Below the pieces are notes generated by a model that ran no database searches, was not told the DNA's origin, and was given only the letters and a program-made list of their open reading frames with translations. Shown here piece after piece: positions 1 to 10,215 of a stretch of 64,000 nucleotides of DNA. Position numbers and translations under genes: made by a program. Positions within the stretch are counted from its first letter, which is position 1; each line of letters opens with the position of its first letter. The stretch lies in the NCBI GenBank assembly GCA_946481965.1, contig CAMLPN010000005.1, positions 301 to 64,300 on the forward strand, read 5' to 3'. Source of the stretch: an uncultured Neisseriaceae bacterium. GTDB taxonomy: Bacteria > Pseudomonadota > Gammaproteobacteria > Burkholderiales > Neisseriaceae.

Positions 1-2
1 AC

Positions 3-254
3 TGGATGAATAAACGCCACTACTCCGCATTCAGCGGAACAGACCTGGACTTACGCCTGCGTGAAAGAAATATTACCGAAATACATTTAACCGGCGTATG
101 TACTGATATCTGCGTATTACATACAGCAGTTGATGCATATAACCTCAATTATCAGATTGTCGTGCATCAGCATGCTGTTGCCAGCTTTGACCCGGTAGGA
201 CATTCATGGGCATTAAAACACTTTCAGAATACTTTAGGTGCTACCATAATCTGA
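3..254 (+). CDS. Isochorismatase/nicotinamidase-family cysteine hydrolase, C-terminal part (runs off the left edge)
   Basis: KRHYSAFSGTDL...LTGVCTDICVLHTAVDAYNLNY is the typical isochorismatase-family catalytic segment; the frame is open to the window edge. Confidence 0.85.
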   Translation, partial: WMNKRHYSAFSGTDLDLRLRERNITEIHLTGVCTDICVLHTAVDAYNLNYQIVVHQHAVASFDPVGHSWALKHFQNTLGATII

Positions 255-618
255 TTGTTTACAAACAATATGGCAGGGAAATTAAATAACTCATTTTTAA
301 TTTTGATTGATTATTTGTTCCCTGTAAATACTATTACCTATTTTAAAATATAGCTTTGAGCTATAACCTATCTTAAGTTCTGATTAATATGTACTGAAAT
401 TGAAAATATATAAAGTAAAAAAATCCAGACGCAAAAAACTAATTATCTTTTCAGAAAATACCAAAATATACTTATTTAGACTTGAAAATATTTAAATGAA
501 CAACTGTAAAATAGACAAAACAATGACAAAAAAATATAAAAAATGCTATTCTGCTTGATAAAACTGAAGAAGGAATGCTAAATAACTTAGCAATATATAG
601 AAAAAATAGAGAGGATAT

Positions 619-694
619 TGGTGGGTCGTGAGCGATTCGAACGCTCGACCAACGGATTAAAAGTCCGCTGCTCTACCGACTGAGCTAACGACCC
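619..694 (-). tRNA. tRNA-Lys(TTT)
   Basis: Reverse complement GGGTCGTTAGCTCAGTCGGTAGAGCAGCGGAC-TTT-TAATCCGTTGGTCGAGCGTTCGAATCGCTCACGACCCACCA; cloverleaf, 76 nt, CCA end. Confidence 0.97.
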
Positions 695-696
695 TT

Positions 697-772
697 TGGC
701 TCCCCGACCAGGGCTCGAACCTGGGACCTGCGGATTAACAGTCCGTCGCTCTACCGACTGAGCTATCAGGGA
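697..772 (-). tRNA. tRNA-Asn(GTT)
   Basis: Reverse complement TCCCTGATAGCTCAGTCGGTAGAGCGACGGACT-GTT-AATCCGCAGGTCCCAGGTTCGAGCCCTGGTCGGGGAGCCA; 76 nt, 2 nt from tRNA-Lys. Confidence 0.97.
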
Positions 773-784
773 AAGGAAGTGCGC

Positions 785-813
785 ATTATATGGGGTGATT
801 TTTTTCTCGTCAA
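785..813 (-). promoter_or_regulatory. Sigma70 promoter of the tRNA-Asn/tRNA-Lys operon
   Basis: Minus strand TTGACG-17 nt-TATAAT followed by the GC-rich discriminator GCGCAC, just upstream of tRNA-Asn. Confidence 0.85.
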
Positions 814-1676
814 TCCCTTTCGTACAATTTTCTCAGCAATAGAACAGTAATTAATGCAAATTATTGGCGGATATAGAAATTTATTTAGCTAAACTGCACT
901 CACGATAACCCATGCGTTACGAGGTTGATACGCTAACAAGTATTGAAGTTTACAGTTTTGTTTATTCGGGCTTGCAAGACAATTTATTTTAAGAGTTTGC
1001 CGTTAACTAAATTTATTTACACACCTCTTTTACACCTTATGATCTATACATTAATCTTATGAAAGCGCATCTTAAAGTAATTAAAATTGTTAACTTAGTA
1101 TTTACCCTGTTAATGGCAAAAGTTGAATTTCGTTATATCTTGTGCCAATATCATTTCTGAAATAACCTTATATTCAATACCAAATGATCAACAGCCATTT
1201 TACAAATATGAGAATAAATCGCTCTCATAGCATATTTTATGCAAGATAAGCGATCATTCATATTATTGAAAGTAATACATTGTCCATATTGGTATAATTA
1301 CCCTGACAATAGTTAGTCGACGTTAGTCATTTTATATAATGCTTAATTATATAAAAGGGTTTTATCCAATTTGGCCTGAAAAATCTTGTTCTAACCTGTT
1401 TTCCTGAGCGTACCCAATGAAGATGAAGAATCTTTGGAATCTGAGTTTCTTTTTGCTGGCTACTGGTCAAAATATTGGCTAGCTTGATAATTTGTATTTA
1501 TTACTCATCAAGACTATGGTTATTTCAGGATTTATGCAACCGCTCTAGCTGTTTAAAAGTAATTATTGTTTTGATCGGTGAAAAAACAGCTGCAGAATTT
1601 GCCAAGTGTTGCTATAAAAAATGTTGGGCTGACAACGTTTAATCTTTTATTCTTATGAATAATTTTTTGCGCGTAA

Positions 1677-1692
1677 GTGCAATTTCTTGCAC
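1677..1692. promoter_or_regulatory. Candidate AtoC enhancer (upstream activator sequence)
   Basis: Perfect palindrome GTGCAA-tttc-TTGCAC about 85-100 bp upstream of the sigma54 promoter; related TGCAGAATTTGC at 1591-1602. Confidence 0.55.
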
Positions 1693-1777
1693 CCTGAGTT
1701 TAACTATTTCAAACTGTAAAAAAAATTTAATATTTACATTTCAGTACATTATCTTTTTTATTTTGCTACCGACAATC

Positions 1778-1793
1778 TGGTACACGAATTGCA
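1778..1793 (+). promoter_or_regulatory. Sigma54 (-24/-12) promoter of atoDAEB
   Basis: TGGTAC-acgaa-TTGCA matches TGGYAC-N5-TTGCW with the GG and GC dinucleotides 12 bp apart; the sigma54 activator AtoC is encoded downstream. Confidence 0.85.
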
Positions 1794-1855
1794 ATAGTTA
1801 AAGATGTTTTATTGACAGCAATAAACAATTTTTAACGTGTAATCAGGAGTGTTCT

Positions 1856-2512
1856 ATGCAAAATAAATTAATCACCACCGAAAAAATTCGGGGTTTTCTC
1901 AAAGATGGTATGACAATTATGTTTGGTGGCTTTTTAGGATGCGGAACACCCACCAAGATCGTGGATATCATTCTGAAATCAGGCATTAAAGACATAACTC
2001 TTATTGGTAATGACACGGCATTTGTTGATACTGGTGTAGGACCTCTGATTACCAATAATCAGGTCAAAAAAGTCATCACTTCTCATATTGGTACTAACCG
2101 TGAAACTGGGCAAAAAATGATTGCCGGCGAAATGGAAGTGGAATTGGTACCACAAGGCACATTAGCGGAACGTATTCGTTCTGGCGGGGCTGGTTTAGGT
2201 GGTGTACTAACACCTACTGGTGTCGGCACCATTGTCGCTGATGGCAAAGAAGTATTAACCATTAATGGTCGTGAATACTTACTTGAAATGCCTTTGCGCG
2301 CTGATCTAGCTATTATTCTGGCACACAAGGCCGATCGCAGCGGTAATCTGGTGTATCAATATGCTGCGCGCAATTTTAACCCTTTAATTGCTACCGCTGC
2401 GGATACAGTCATTGCACAGGTTGATGAACTGGTTGACGTAGGTCAGATCGATCCAGATGCAGTCATGACACCAGCAGCATTAGTTGATTTTATTATTAGC
2501 AGCAACGATTAA
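1856..2512 (+). CDS. atoD: Acetate CoA-transferase alpha subunit
   Basis: [50 protein letters not shown]; closely matches AtoD. Confidence 0.95.
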   Translation: MQNKLITTEKIRGFLKDGMTIMFGGFLGCGTPTKIVDIILKSGIKDITLIGNDTAFVDTGVGPLITNNQVKKVITSHIGTNRETGQKMIAGEMEVELVPQGTLAERIRSGGAGLGGVLTPTGVGTIVADGKEVLTINGREYLLEMPLRADLAIILAHKADRSGNLVYQYAARNFNPLIATAADTVIAQVDELVDVGQIDPDAVMTPAALVDFIISSND

Positions 2513-2524
2513 AGGAAAAAGATA

Positions 2525-3187
2525 ATGGATAAAAAAGAATTAATTGCTCGTCGTGTGGCACAAGAATTACGTGATGGTGACGTGGTCAATCTTGGTATTG
2601 GTTTGCCAACAATGGTGGCAAATTTTTTACCGGAAGGCGTAAATGTAACGCTGCAATCTGAGAACGGTTTTCTCGGTTTGGGTCCGAAAACAGTTGATAA
2701 CCCTAATATTGTCAATGCTGGTGGTCAGCCTTGTGGCGTGGTTCCCGGTGCAGCTATGTTTGACAGCGCCTTTTCGTTTATGCTGATTCGCGGTGGACAT
2801 GTAGATGCTTGTGTACTGGGCGGTTTGGAAGTAGACCAGCATGCTAATTTAGCCAACTGGATGGTACCAGGCAAAATGGTGCCGGGCATGGGCGGTGCAA
2901 TGGACTTAGTAACGGGTGCCAAGAAAGTGATCATTGCCATGGAACATTGCACTAAAAACGGTGATCCAAAAATCCTGCCTGAATGTACGCTGCCACTAAC
3001 TGCTAAAGGCAAGGTAAGCATGATTATTACTGAACTGGCAGTATTCGAATTCAGAAATAATCAGATGTATTTGATCGAAACCGCTGAAGGTGTAGATGTT
3101 GACACGGTAAAAGCACATACCACAGCAAAATTTACTGTCGCGGATGATCTAAAAACAATGTCCATCGCGGGAGCAGTAGCATCATGA
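2525..3187 (+). CDS. atoA: Acetate CoA-transferase beta subunit
   Basis: VNLGIGLPT, LQSENG (catalytic Glu), IRGGHVD, GMGGAMDL. Confidence 0.95.
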   Translation: MDKKELIARRVAQELRDGDVVNLGIGLPTMVANFLPEGVNVTLQSENGFLGLGPKTVDNPNIVNAGGQPCGVVPGAAMFDSAFSFMLIRGGHVDACVLGGLEVDQHANLANWMVPGKMVPGMGGAMDLVTGAKKVIIAMEHCTKNGDPKILPECTLPLTAKGKVSMIITELAVFEFRNNQMYLIETAEGVDVDTVKAHTTAKFTVADDLKTMSIAGAVAS

Positions 3188-4530
3188 TTTCCCGTCTATC
3201 AAGAATTACTACCAATTTGGTGAGCAAATACCTACCCGATCCACTTATTTTCGCCTTAATCCTGACTTTCATTATCTTTTTTATGGCGTGGGGATTAACT
3301 CCTTCACAACCACTTGATTTGGTGAAAATGTGGGGAGACGGTTTCTGGAATTTGCTCGCATTTGGTATGCAAATGGCACTGATAGTGGTAACTGGTCACG
3401 CGCTGGCCAGTTCACCACCTGTTAAGTCAATTCTGGTTTCTATCGCCTCTTTAGCTAAAACTCCAACTCAGGCTGCGATGCTGGTCACTTTTGTTGGCTG
3501 TATCGCCTGTATCTTGAACTGGGGTTTCGGTCTGGTAGTTGGCGCGATGTTAGCCAAAGAAGTAGCCAGACAGGTGAAAAATATCGATTATGGTTTGCTG
3601 ATTGCCTGTGCCTATATTGCCTTTATGACTTGGGGTGGTGGTTTATCCGGTTCGATGCCATTAATGGCAGCTACACCGGGCAATCCTGTTGCCCACCTTA
3701 TGATCACTGACGCTAATCCTCAGGGCATTGTACCGATTTCACAGACGATGTTTTCCGCTTGTAATATTTTTATTACGCTGATGTTAATCATCTGTTTGCC
3801 CATTTTGGTGCGTTTTATGGTCAGAACAGATGGTACGGTGAACGCAGTTAACCCTGAATTACTGGCTCCAGAACCAGATTTTCAGCGCAAATTAGACCGT
3901 AAAACTGCCACCATAGCGGAAAAAATGGAGGAAAGTAAATTTCTGTCCCTGTTAGTAGGTGCGCTGGGGATCAGTTATTTAATTATCTACTTTACCAACA
4001 AAGGTTTTAATATCACCATTAACACCGTTAATTTGATGTTCTTAACCGCTGGTATTTTACTCCATCGTACGCCAATGGCTTATATGCGTGCGGTATCGAA
4101 TGCAGCAAAGAGTACTGCTGGCATCATTATCCAGTTCCCGTTTTATGCGGGTATTCAATTAATGATGGAACATTCCGGTTTAGGAGGTCTGATCACTGAG
4201 TTCTTTATCAACATTGCCAACAAAGACACCTTTCCAGTATGGACATTCTTTAGCTCCGGCATCATCAATTTTGCTGTGCCTTCTGGTGGTGGTCACTGGG
4301 TTATTCAGGGTCCGTTTGTTATTCCTGCTGCACAGGCACTGGGCGCGGATTTGGGTAAATCAACCATGGCCATTGCCTATGGTGAACAATGGATGAATAT
4401 GTTGCAACCTTTCTGGGCATTGCCAGCATTAGCCATTGCCGGATTAGGTGTAAGGGATATTATGGGTTACTGCATGACAGCATTGATCTTCACTACCCCA
4501 ATATTCCTAATTGGTTTGTACTTTTTATAA
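3184..4530 (+). CDS. atoE: Short-chain fatty acid transporter
   Basis: LPDPLIFA, WGDGFWNLLAFGMQMALIVVTGHALA, PSGGGHW; 4-nt overlap with atoA. Confidence 0.95.
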   Translation: MISRLSRITTNLVSKYLPDPLIFALILTFIIFFMAWGLTPSQPLDLVKMWGDGFWNLLAFGMQMALIVVTGHALASSPPVKSILVSIASLAKTPTQAAMLVTFVGCIACILNWGFGLVVGAMLAKEVARQVKNIDYGLLIACAYIAFMTWGGGLSGSMPLMAATPGNPVAHLMITDANPQGIVPISQTMFSACNIFITLMLIICLPILVRFMVRTDGTVNAVNPELLAPEPDFQRKLDRKTATIAEKMEESKFLSLLVGALGISYLIIYFTNKGFNITINTVNLMFLTAGILLHRTPMAYMRAVSNAAKSTAGIIIQFPFYAGIQLMMEHSGLGGLITEFFINIANKDTFPVWTFFSSGIINFAVPSGGGHWVIQGPFVIPAAQALGADLGKSTMAIAYGEQWMNMLQPFWALPALAIAGLGVRDIMGYCMTALIFTTPIFLIGLYFL

Positions 4531-4548
4531 AAATTAAGGGAGTTCGTT

Positions 4549-5730
4549 ATGTCAAAAGTTGTCATAGTAAGTGCCGCCAGAACGGCAATTGGTAGTTTCA
4601 ATGGTTCATTGACCTCTGTGGGCGCAATAGACTTAGGTAAAATTGTTATTGATGAAGCCTTGAAACGTGCCTCATTAGACGCCAACACGGTTAACGAAGT
4701 GATTATGGGTAATGTACTACAAGCTGGTCTGGGGCAAAATCCAGCACGACAAGCTGCGCTCAGAGCTAATATACCAGCAACAGTACCGTCTTTCACCGTG
4801 AATAAAGTGTGTGGTAGTGGATTAAAATCCGTAGCTTTAGCAGCTCAAAGCATTCTGGCTGGTGACAATGATGTGGTCGTGGCTGGTGGGATGGAAAACA
4901 TGTCTCAGGCACCATACTTGCTCAATAGCAAAGTGCGTTGGGGCTTAAAAATGGGTAATGCTGAACTGTACGATACCATGGTCAATGATGGTCTAACCTG
5001 TGCGACTAATCACTATCATATGGGGATAACCGCTGAAAATATTGCTGAGCAATATGGTATCAGCCGGCAGGAACAGGATGAGCTGGCATTACGCTCTCAG
5101 CAACTGGCAACACAGGCTATTAAAAACGGGGACTTTGCCGATGAAATTGTGCCAGTAACCATCAGTACTCGCAAAGGCGATATCGTTTTCAAAGAAGACG
5201 AATACCCTAAAGCCGACGCTACAGCTGAAGGCTTAACCAAACTACGTCCCGCATTTAAAAAAGACGGTACAGTTACAGCCGGTAACGCATCAGGAATTAA
5301 CGATGGCGCGGCAGCATTGGTCGTTATGTCAGAACAAAAAGCCAAAGAACTAGGTTTAAAACCATTGGCTTATATTCGCAGTTATGCATCAGGTGGTGTT
5401 GATCCAAGCATAATGGGTATGGGACCAGTTCCGGCAACCAAACTGGCATTGCAAAAAGCATCACTACAGCTTTCTGATATTGATTTAATCGAAGCAAATG
5501 AAGCTTTTGCTGCTCAATTTTTAGGTGTTGGCCGTGAATTGAAATTTGATATGGATAAAACCAATATTCATGGTGGTGCCATCGCTCTCGGACATCCAAT
5601 CGGAGCCAGTGGTGCACGAATTTTAGTTACATTATTGTATTCTATGATTCATCGCAACAAACAGCTTGGTCTAGCTACCTTATGTATCGGTGGAGGCCAA
5701 GGTGCTGCGGTGATCATTGAACGTTGTTAA
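4549..5730 (+). CDS. atoB: Acetyl-CoA acetyltransferase (thiolase II)
   Basis: [30 protein letters not shown] thiolase motifs. Confidence 0.95.
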   Translation: MSKVVIVSAARTAIGSFNGSLTSVGAIDLGKIVIDEALKRASLDANTVNEVIMGNVLQAGLGQNPARQAALRANIPATVPSFTVNKVCGSGLKSVALAAQSILAGDNDVVVAGGMENMSQAPYLLNSKVRWGLKMGNAELYDTMVNDGLTCATNHYHMGITAENIAEQYGISRQEQDELALRSQQLATQAIKNGDFADEIVPVTISTRKGDIVFKEDEYPKADATAEGLTKLRPAFKKDGTVTAGNASGINDGAAALVVMSEQKAKELGLKPLAYIRSYASGGVDPSIMGMGPVPATKLALQKASLQLSDIDLIEANEAFAAQFLGVGRELKFDMDKTNIHGGAIALGHPIGASGARILVTLLYSMIHRNKQLGLATLCIGGGQGAAVIIERC

Positions 5731-5791
5731 TCAATAAATAATTTCACAATTAAAATTGATTAATCTAAACGTTATCAATGAAGTTTAAAAA

Positions 5792-5820
5792 TGGTGATAT
5801 TGGCCTAGCCAATATCACCA
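5792..5820. terminator. 13-bp perfect hairpin between atoB and atoS
   Basis: TGGTGATATTGGC-cta-GCCAATATCACCA; a T-tract follows only on the minus strand. Confidence 0.6.
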
Positions 5821-5937
5821 GATTTGTGTCATTACCCAACTCAGGCAATAATCTGAAGCCAATAAAACATCACTACTGCCTGTATACAAACTGATAGTTA
5901 AATTAATATTGCTATCATTAAAGATATCAGAGCACTT

Positions 5938-7758
5938 ATGACTGCCCGTTTTTTCCAACGCTTGTATCCCGATAAAATCAGCGCCCGTATTTTTTTGCTG
6001 GTTACCTTCTTATCCTGTTTTTCTATCATCGTCTGTGCACTCTTAATTGATCGAGAAGGCCGCGACCTACTCAAACAGGAAAAAATTCAAAAACTTTATG
6101 CTGTTACCAAAACCCTTGATTTACTACTGGCCGATACCTATCAACAGATAGATAAAAAATTACCAAAAAATCAGCAAATTCAATTACTCAACCAATATTT
6201 ATCCCCCAAAATTGAACCCTTACTAAAAAACATGCCTAAAATAGCCGCCGGCTATTATCACAAAGATTTAGACGCCATAGTCGTTTATGCACCGCAATCA
6301 GCTTATGGCATCAATGTTGGTAAATCCATACCGGCCACCCACAAAGGGCGAGTAGTAATGCAAAGTGGTGAAGCATTAGTGGACAGTGGTAATCAGATAC
6401 GTGGCAATATCATGAACGCCATGATTCCAATTGTGCGCGATAAGCACATTCTTGGTTATATCTGGGCAAATGAATCACTGGATGATATAGAAAAACAAAC
6501 AACGGTGTTTGATAAAAATGTTCTCACAATCAGCTTAATTTGTATGCTCATCTGTATTTTTATCGCCTCATTTTTATCTCGAAAGCTCAACACCGATATT
6601 AATATCATCAAAAAAGGTTTAGAAAAGCTGCCTTTTGCCCTTGACTCGCGCCTTCCGGTGATTCGCGGCGAATTGAATGAAATTGTAAATGGTATTAATA
6701 GTCTGGCGGAAAAGCTCAGAAAAACCAAAACCATGAATGAACTCATTCTGGAAAATACTCTTGATGGAGTGATAACCGTAGACAACAATGGCGCCATCAC
6801 CATGCTCAACCCAGCCGCGGAACAAATGACTGGCTACAAACTGGAACAAGTACTAGGCCATCCCCACTCTACCCTTGTCGATGATAAAAATTTTCAAAGT
6901 CCTTTACTTGATACTCTCTTTAATGGAGTAGATCACGTTGGCGTGGAGATAGATTATCCTGTAGCAAAAAAAATTATCCGTATTTCTGCCAGTACCAGCC
7001 ACCTGAAAGATTATCAGGGCAAAATTATTGGTGCTGTAGTGATCTTTAAAGATATTACCGAACGCGAAGAAGTGGAAAAACTCATTCAGCAAACAGAACG
7101 ATTAGTAGCGTTAGGTGAACTGATGGCTGGTATTGCCCATGAAATCCGCAATCCACTGGCTGCGGTACGTGGTTTTGTACAATATTTACAAAATGATCTG
7201 CCACGCGCTGAGCAAAATGAATATATTGATATCATCCTCAAAGAAGTAGATTCCATCAATCAGGTGATCCAGCAATTACTGGATTTTTCCGTACCTTCTA
7301 AAAATTACTATGTTTCAGCGCAAGTTAATACACTTATCGAAGAAGTGCTGGTATTAGTGAATTCTTCCCATCGTTCTAATAATATTAGTATCATTTCCAC
7401 TTTAGATAATCAATTACCTGCGTTATATTTAGATAAGGAATTAATTAAACAAGCGCTGTTAAATTTATTGATAAATGCCATACAGGCGATTAAAGATAAA
7501 GGAAACATCGAAATAACCACATTGTTATCCACTAATCAGAAATATCAACTGATCCGGATAAAAGATAATGGTGAAGGAATTAAACCCGAATTACTGGACA
7601 AAATTTTCACACCATTTTTTACTACTAAAATAACCGGTACAGGATTGGGATTGTCAATGGTACAGAAAATTATTGCCTCCCATAAAGGGCAAATTACCAT
7701 CAGAAACAATAAGCTGAGCAGTGGTGTCACTGTTGAAGTTGCCCTTCCTGTTAACTAA
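5938..7758 (+). CDS. atoS: Two-component sensor histidine kinase AtoS
   Basis: Two TM segments, PAS domain (NPAAEQMTGY), H-box AHEIRNPL, N/G boxes; 606 aa; ato context. Confidence 0.9.
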   Translation: MTARFFQRLYPDKISARIFLLVTFLSCFSIIVCALLIDREGRDLLKQEKIQKLYAVTKTLDLLLADTYQQIDKKLPKNQQIQLLNQYLSPKIEPLLKNMPKIAAGYYHKDLDAIVVYAPQSAYGINVGKSIPATHKGRVVMQSGEALVDSGNQIRGNIMNAMIPIVRDKHILGYIWANESLDDIEKQTTVFDKNVLTISLICMLICIFIASFLSRKLNTDINIIKKGLEKLPFALDSRLPVIRGELNEIVNGINSLAEKLRKTKTMNELILENTLDGVITVDNNGAITMLNPAAEQMTGYKLEQVLGHPHSTLVDDKNFQSPLLDTLFNGVDHVGVEIDYPVAKKIIRISASTSHLKDYQGKIIGAVVIFKDITEREEVEKLIQQTERLVALGELMAGIAHEIRNPLAAVRGFVQYLQNDLPRAEQNEYIDIILKEVDSINQVIQQLLDFSVPSKNYYVSAQVNTLIEEVLVLVNSSHRSNNISIISTLDNQLPALYLDKELIKQALLNLLINAIQAIKDKGNIEITTLLSTNQKYQLIRIKDNGEGIKPELLDKIFTPFFTTKITGTGLGLSMVQKIIASHKGQITIRNNKLSSGVTVEVALPVN

Positions 7759-7772
7759 AAAATCTGAAATTT

Positions 7773-9167
7773 ATGTCGGAAAAAATTTTAATTGTCGAAG
7801 ATGAATTAAATCTGCGCAAACTATTATCACTTATACTCTCACAGCAACATTATCAGGTTATTACCGTTGATAATGCTGAAGAGGCCATGGCTATCATTCA
7901 ACAGCAAGACATTGATTTAATTTTGCTGGATAACCGTTTGCCCGGTATGTCAGGCTTAGAAGCACTTAAACAAATTAAAGAAACCGCCCCAGATATCTTC
8001 GTCATCCTGATGACCGCCTATGCCGGAGTAGATACCGCGGTAGAAGCACTCAAATTGGGTGCAATTGATTATATCGTTAAACCTTTTGATCTAAACGATC
8101 TCAAGGCACTGGTAAAACGAACATTAGAACTGGGAAAAGCAAAAAAGCAAGGGCTTAACTTATCGCCTAAAATTGAATTAGTCAGTTCCGATAATAAAGG
8201 GCATATACTTACCAATAGCCCTAATATGATGGAGTTATGTCGCAATATTGCCAAAGTTTCGCAAACCAAAACTACCGTCCTCATCACTGGAGAAAGTGGT
8301 ACTGGTAAAGAACTGGTAGCCAAAACTATCCATTACTACAGCACTCGCTCAACCGGTCCGTTTATTAAAGTTAATTGTGGCGCGTTACCGGAAACTTTAT
8401 TAGAAAGTACCTTATTTGGTCATGAAAAAGGTTCATTTACCGGAGCCTACCAGCGCCAAATAGGTTTATTTGAGCGCGCCCATCAAGGCACCTTATTTCT
8501 TGACGAAGTCGCAGAAATGTCCACCAATTTACAGGTAAAATTGCTAAGGGTCATTCAGGAAAAAGAATTCGAACCAATTGGCGGTACCAGATTAATTAAA
8601 ACAGACTTTCGCCTGATTGCAGCCACCAATCGCAGTTTACAGGACATGATCTCTAGCGGAGAATTTCGACAGGATTTATTCTATCGACTCAATGTAATGG
8701 GATTGTGCTTACCCCCTCTACGCGAACGAACCAATGATGTCATGCTGCTGGCTCGTTATTTTGCCAATCAGTTCTGTCATGAAAACAATAAAGAATTACT
8801 TGATTTCTCAATTAGTGCAGTGGAAGCACTTAATCAATATCACTGGCCGGGCAATGTGCGTGAATTATCCAATGCCATTGAACATGCGGTAATCATGTCT
8901 AATGGATTATTTATCTACCCACAGGATCTGCCCGAACACATTACCAGCCACAATAAAATGCCAGCGTTGAATCCCGATTTTGCCGAGCTTGAACAACATG
9001 GTGTCACCTTAAAAGACAAAGTCAAAAATTATGAAAAAGAACTCATCATTAATGAGTTAAAACGTAATAATGGTCATCGCGAAAATACGGCCAAATCATT
9101 AGGTATCAGTAAAAGAACGCTGCTTTATAAAATGCAGGAATATGAGATCGTTGAAAGTATTAATTAA
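7773..9167 (+). CDS. atoC: Sigma54-dependent response regulator AtoC
   Basis: REC domain (LLDNRLP), GESGTGKE, GSFTGA loop, RQDLFYRL, WPGNVREL, C-terminal HTH. Confidence 0.92.
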   Translation: MSEKILIVEDELNLRKLLSLILSQQHYQVITVDNAEEAMAIIQQQDIDLILLDNRLPGMSGLEALKQIKETAPDIFVILMTAYAGVDTAVEALKLGAIDYIVKPFDLNDLKALVKRTLELGKAKKQGLNLSPKIELVSSDNKGHILTNSPNMMELCRNIAKVSQTKTTVLITGESGTGKELVAKTIHYYSTRSTGPFIKVNCGALPETLLESTLFGHEKGSFTGAYQRQIGLFERAHQGTLFLDEVAEMSTNLQVKLLRVIQEKEFEPIGGTRLIKTDFRLIAATNRSLQDMISSGEFRQDLFYRLNVMGLCLPPLRERTNDVMLLARYFANQFCHENNKELLDFSISAVEALNQYHWPGNVRELSNAIEHAVIMSNGLFIYPQDLPEHITSHNKMPALNPDFAELEQHGVTLKDKVKNYEKELIINELKRNNGHRENTAKSLGISKRTLLYKMQEYEIVESIN

Positions 9168-9368
9168 CTGTATCATGTTTCTTTTAAATTGCAAATACAA
9201 TACGGTTAGACGCTAGCAAATTATAAAGCACGAATTACCCTAAATTAAGAGCCGGTAATCGAATCGTGAACGCCCTTAGTAATCACATTGCTACCATTAA
9301 TATTTCAAAAATGCAGCCAATCTAACATACCCAGATTGGGCACTTAGAGCAAAATTTAGTCAGACAAA

Positions 9369-10139
9369 TTACGAGTATGCATAATCAACAATTAAGGGCG
9401 CATGATCAGAAAATTTTTCTTCTTTATAAATAGTCGCCCGTTGAGCACAGGCAGCTAATTCCGGCGTCGCCAACTGATAGTCAATCCGCCAACCAACATC
9501 CTTGGCATAAGCCTGTCCGCGATTACTCCACCAGGTATATCCGGGTATTTCTGGATAAAGTTGGCGCCAAACATCTACCCAGCCCAGTTCATCTAGTACC
9601 TGTGTTAACCATTGACGCTCTTCTGGCAGAAAGCCGGAATTTTTCAAATTTCCTTTCCAGTTTTTCAAATCAATATTCTGATGAGCAATATTCCAGTCTC
9701 CGCAAATCAGCACATCTCGCTGCAACGCGCGCAGTTCGCGTAGCAATGGTAAAAATTTTTCCATAAAGCGAAATTTAGCCTGCTGCCGCTCTTCAGAACT
9801 GCTTCCAGATGGGAGATAAACCGAAATAACCGTTAAATTACCAAAATCGGCACGCACATAGCGCCCTTCATGATCAAACTCATCCCAACCCAATCCAATT
9901 TGCGTTGCATCAGGCGCTGCCTTGCTATAAATAGCCACGCCACTATAGCCACGTTTTTCAGCTGTATGCCAGAAACCATGCATGCCCAAAGGATTCTTCA
10001 TTTCTGCCGTCATATCAGCTTCCTGAGCTTTTAATTCCTGAACACATACAATATCTGCCTGTGCCTGCGCCAGATAATTTATAAATCCCTTACTGGTTGC
10101 AGAGCGTATTCCATTAACATTGGCTGATATGATTCGCAT
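9369..10139 (-). CDS. xth: Exodeoxyribonuclease III (start trimmed to MRIISANVNG)
   Basis: ANVNGIR, QELK, GYSGV, GDWNIAH, WRIDY, SDHAP. Confidence 0.93.
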   Translation of the reverse strand: MRIISANVNGIRSATSKGFINYLAQAQADIVCVQELKAQEADMTAEMKNPLGMHGFWHTAEKRGYSGVAIYSKAAPDATQIGLGWDEFDHEGRYVRADFGNLTVISVYLPSGSSSEERQQAKFRFMEKFLPLLRELRALQRDVLICGDWNIAHQNIDLKNWKGNLKNSGFLPEERQWLTQVLDELGWVDVWRQLYPEIPGYTWWSNRGQAYAKDVGWRIDYQLATPELAACAQRATIYKEEKFSDHAPLIVDYAYS

Positions 10140-10215
10140 CCGGCGTATCCTTTCGAATAATGATAAAATCAAACTAAAGTTATACGAATCATCTATTCTA
10201 ACATTAAGGAACACC

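Noticed and set aside
1843-5617. Minus-strand and alternate-frame ORFs over atoD/A/E/B (e.g. 1843-2055, 2725-3021, 4467-4796, 5324-5617)
   Set aside because: Shadow ORFs of well-supported genes, with no motifs or RBS
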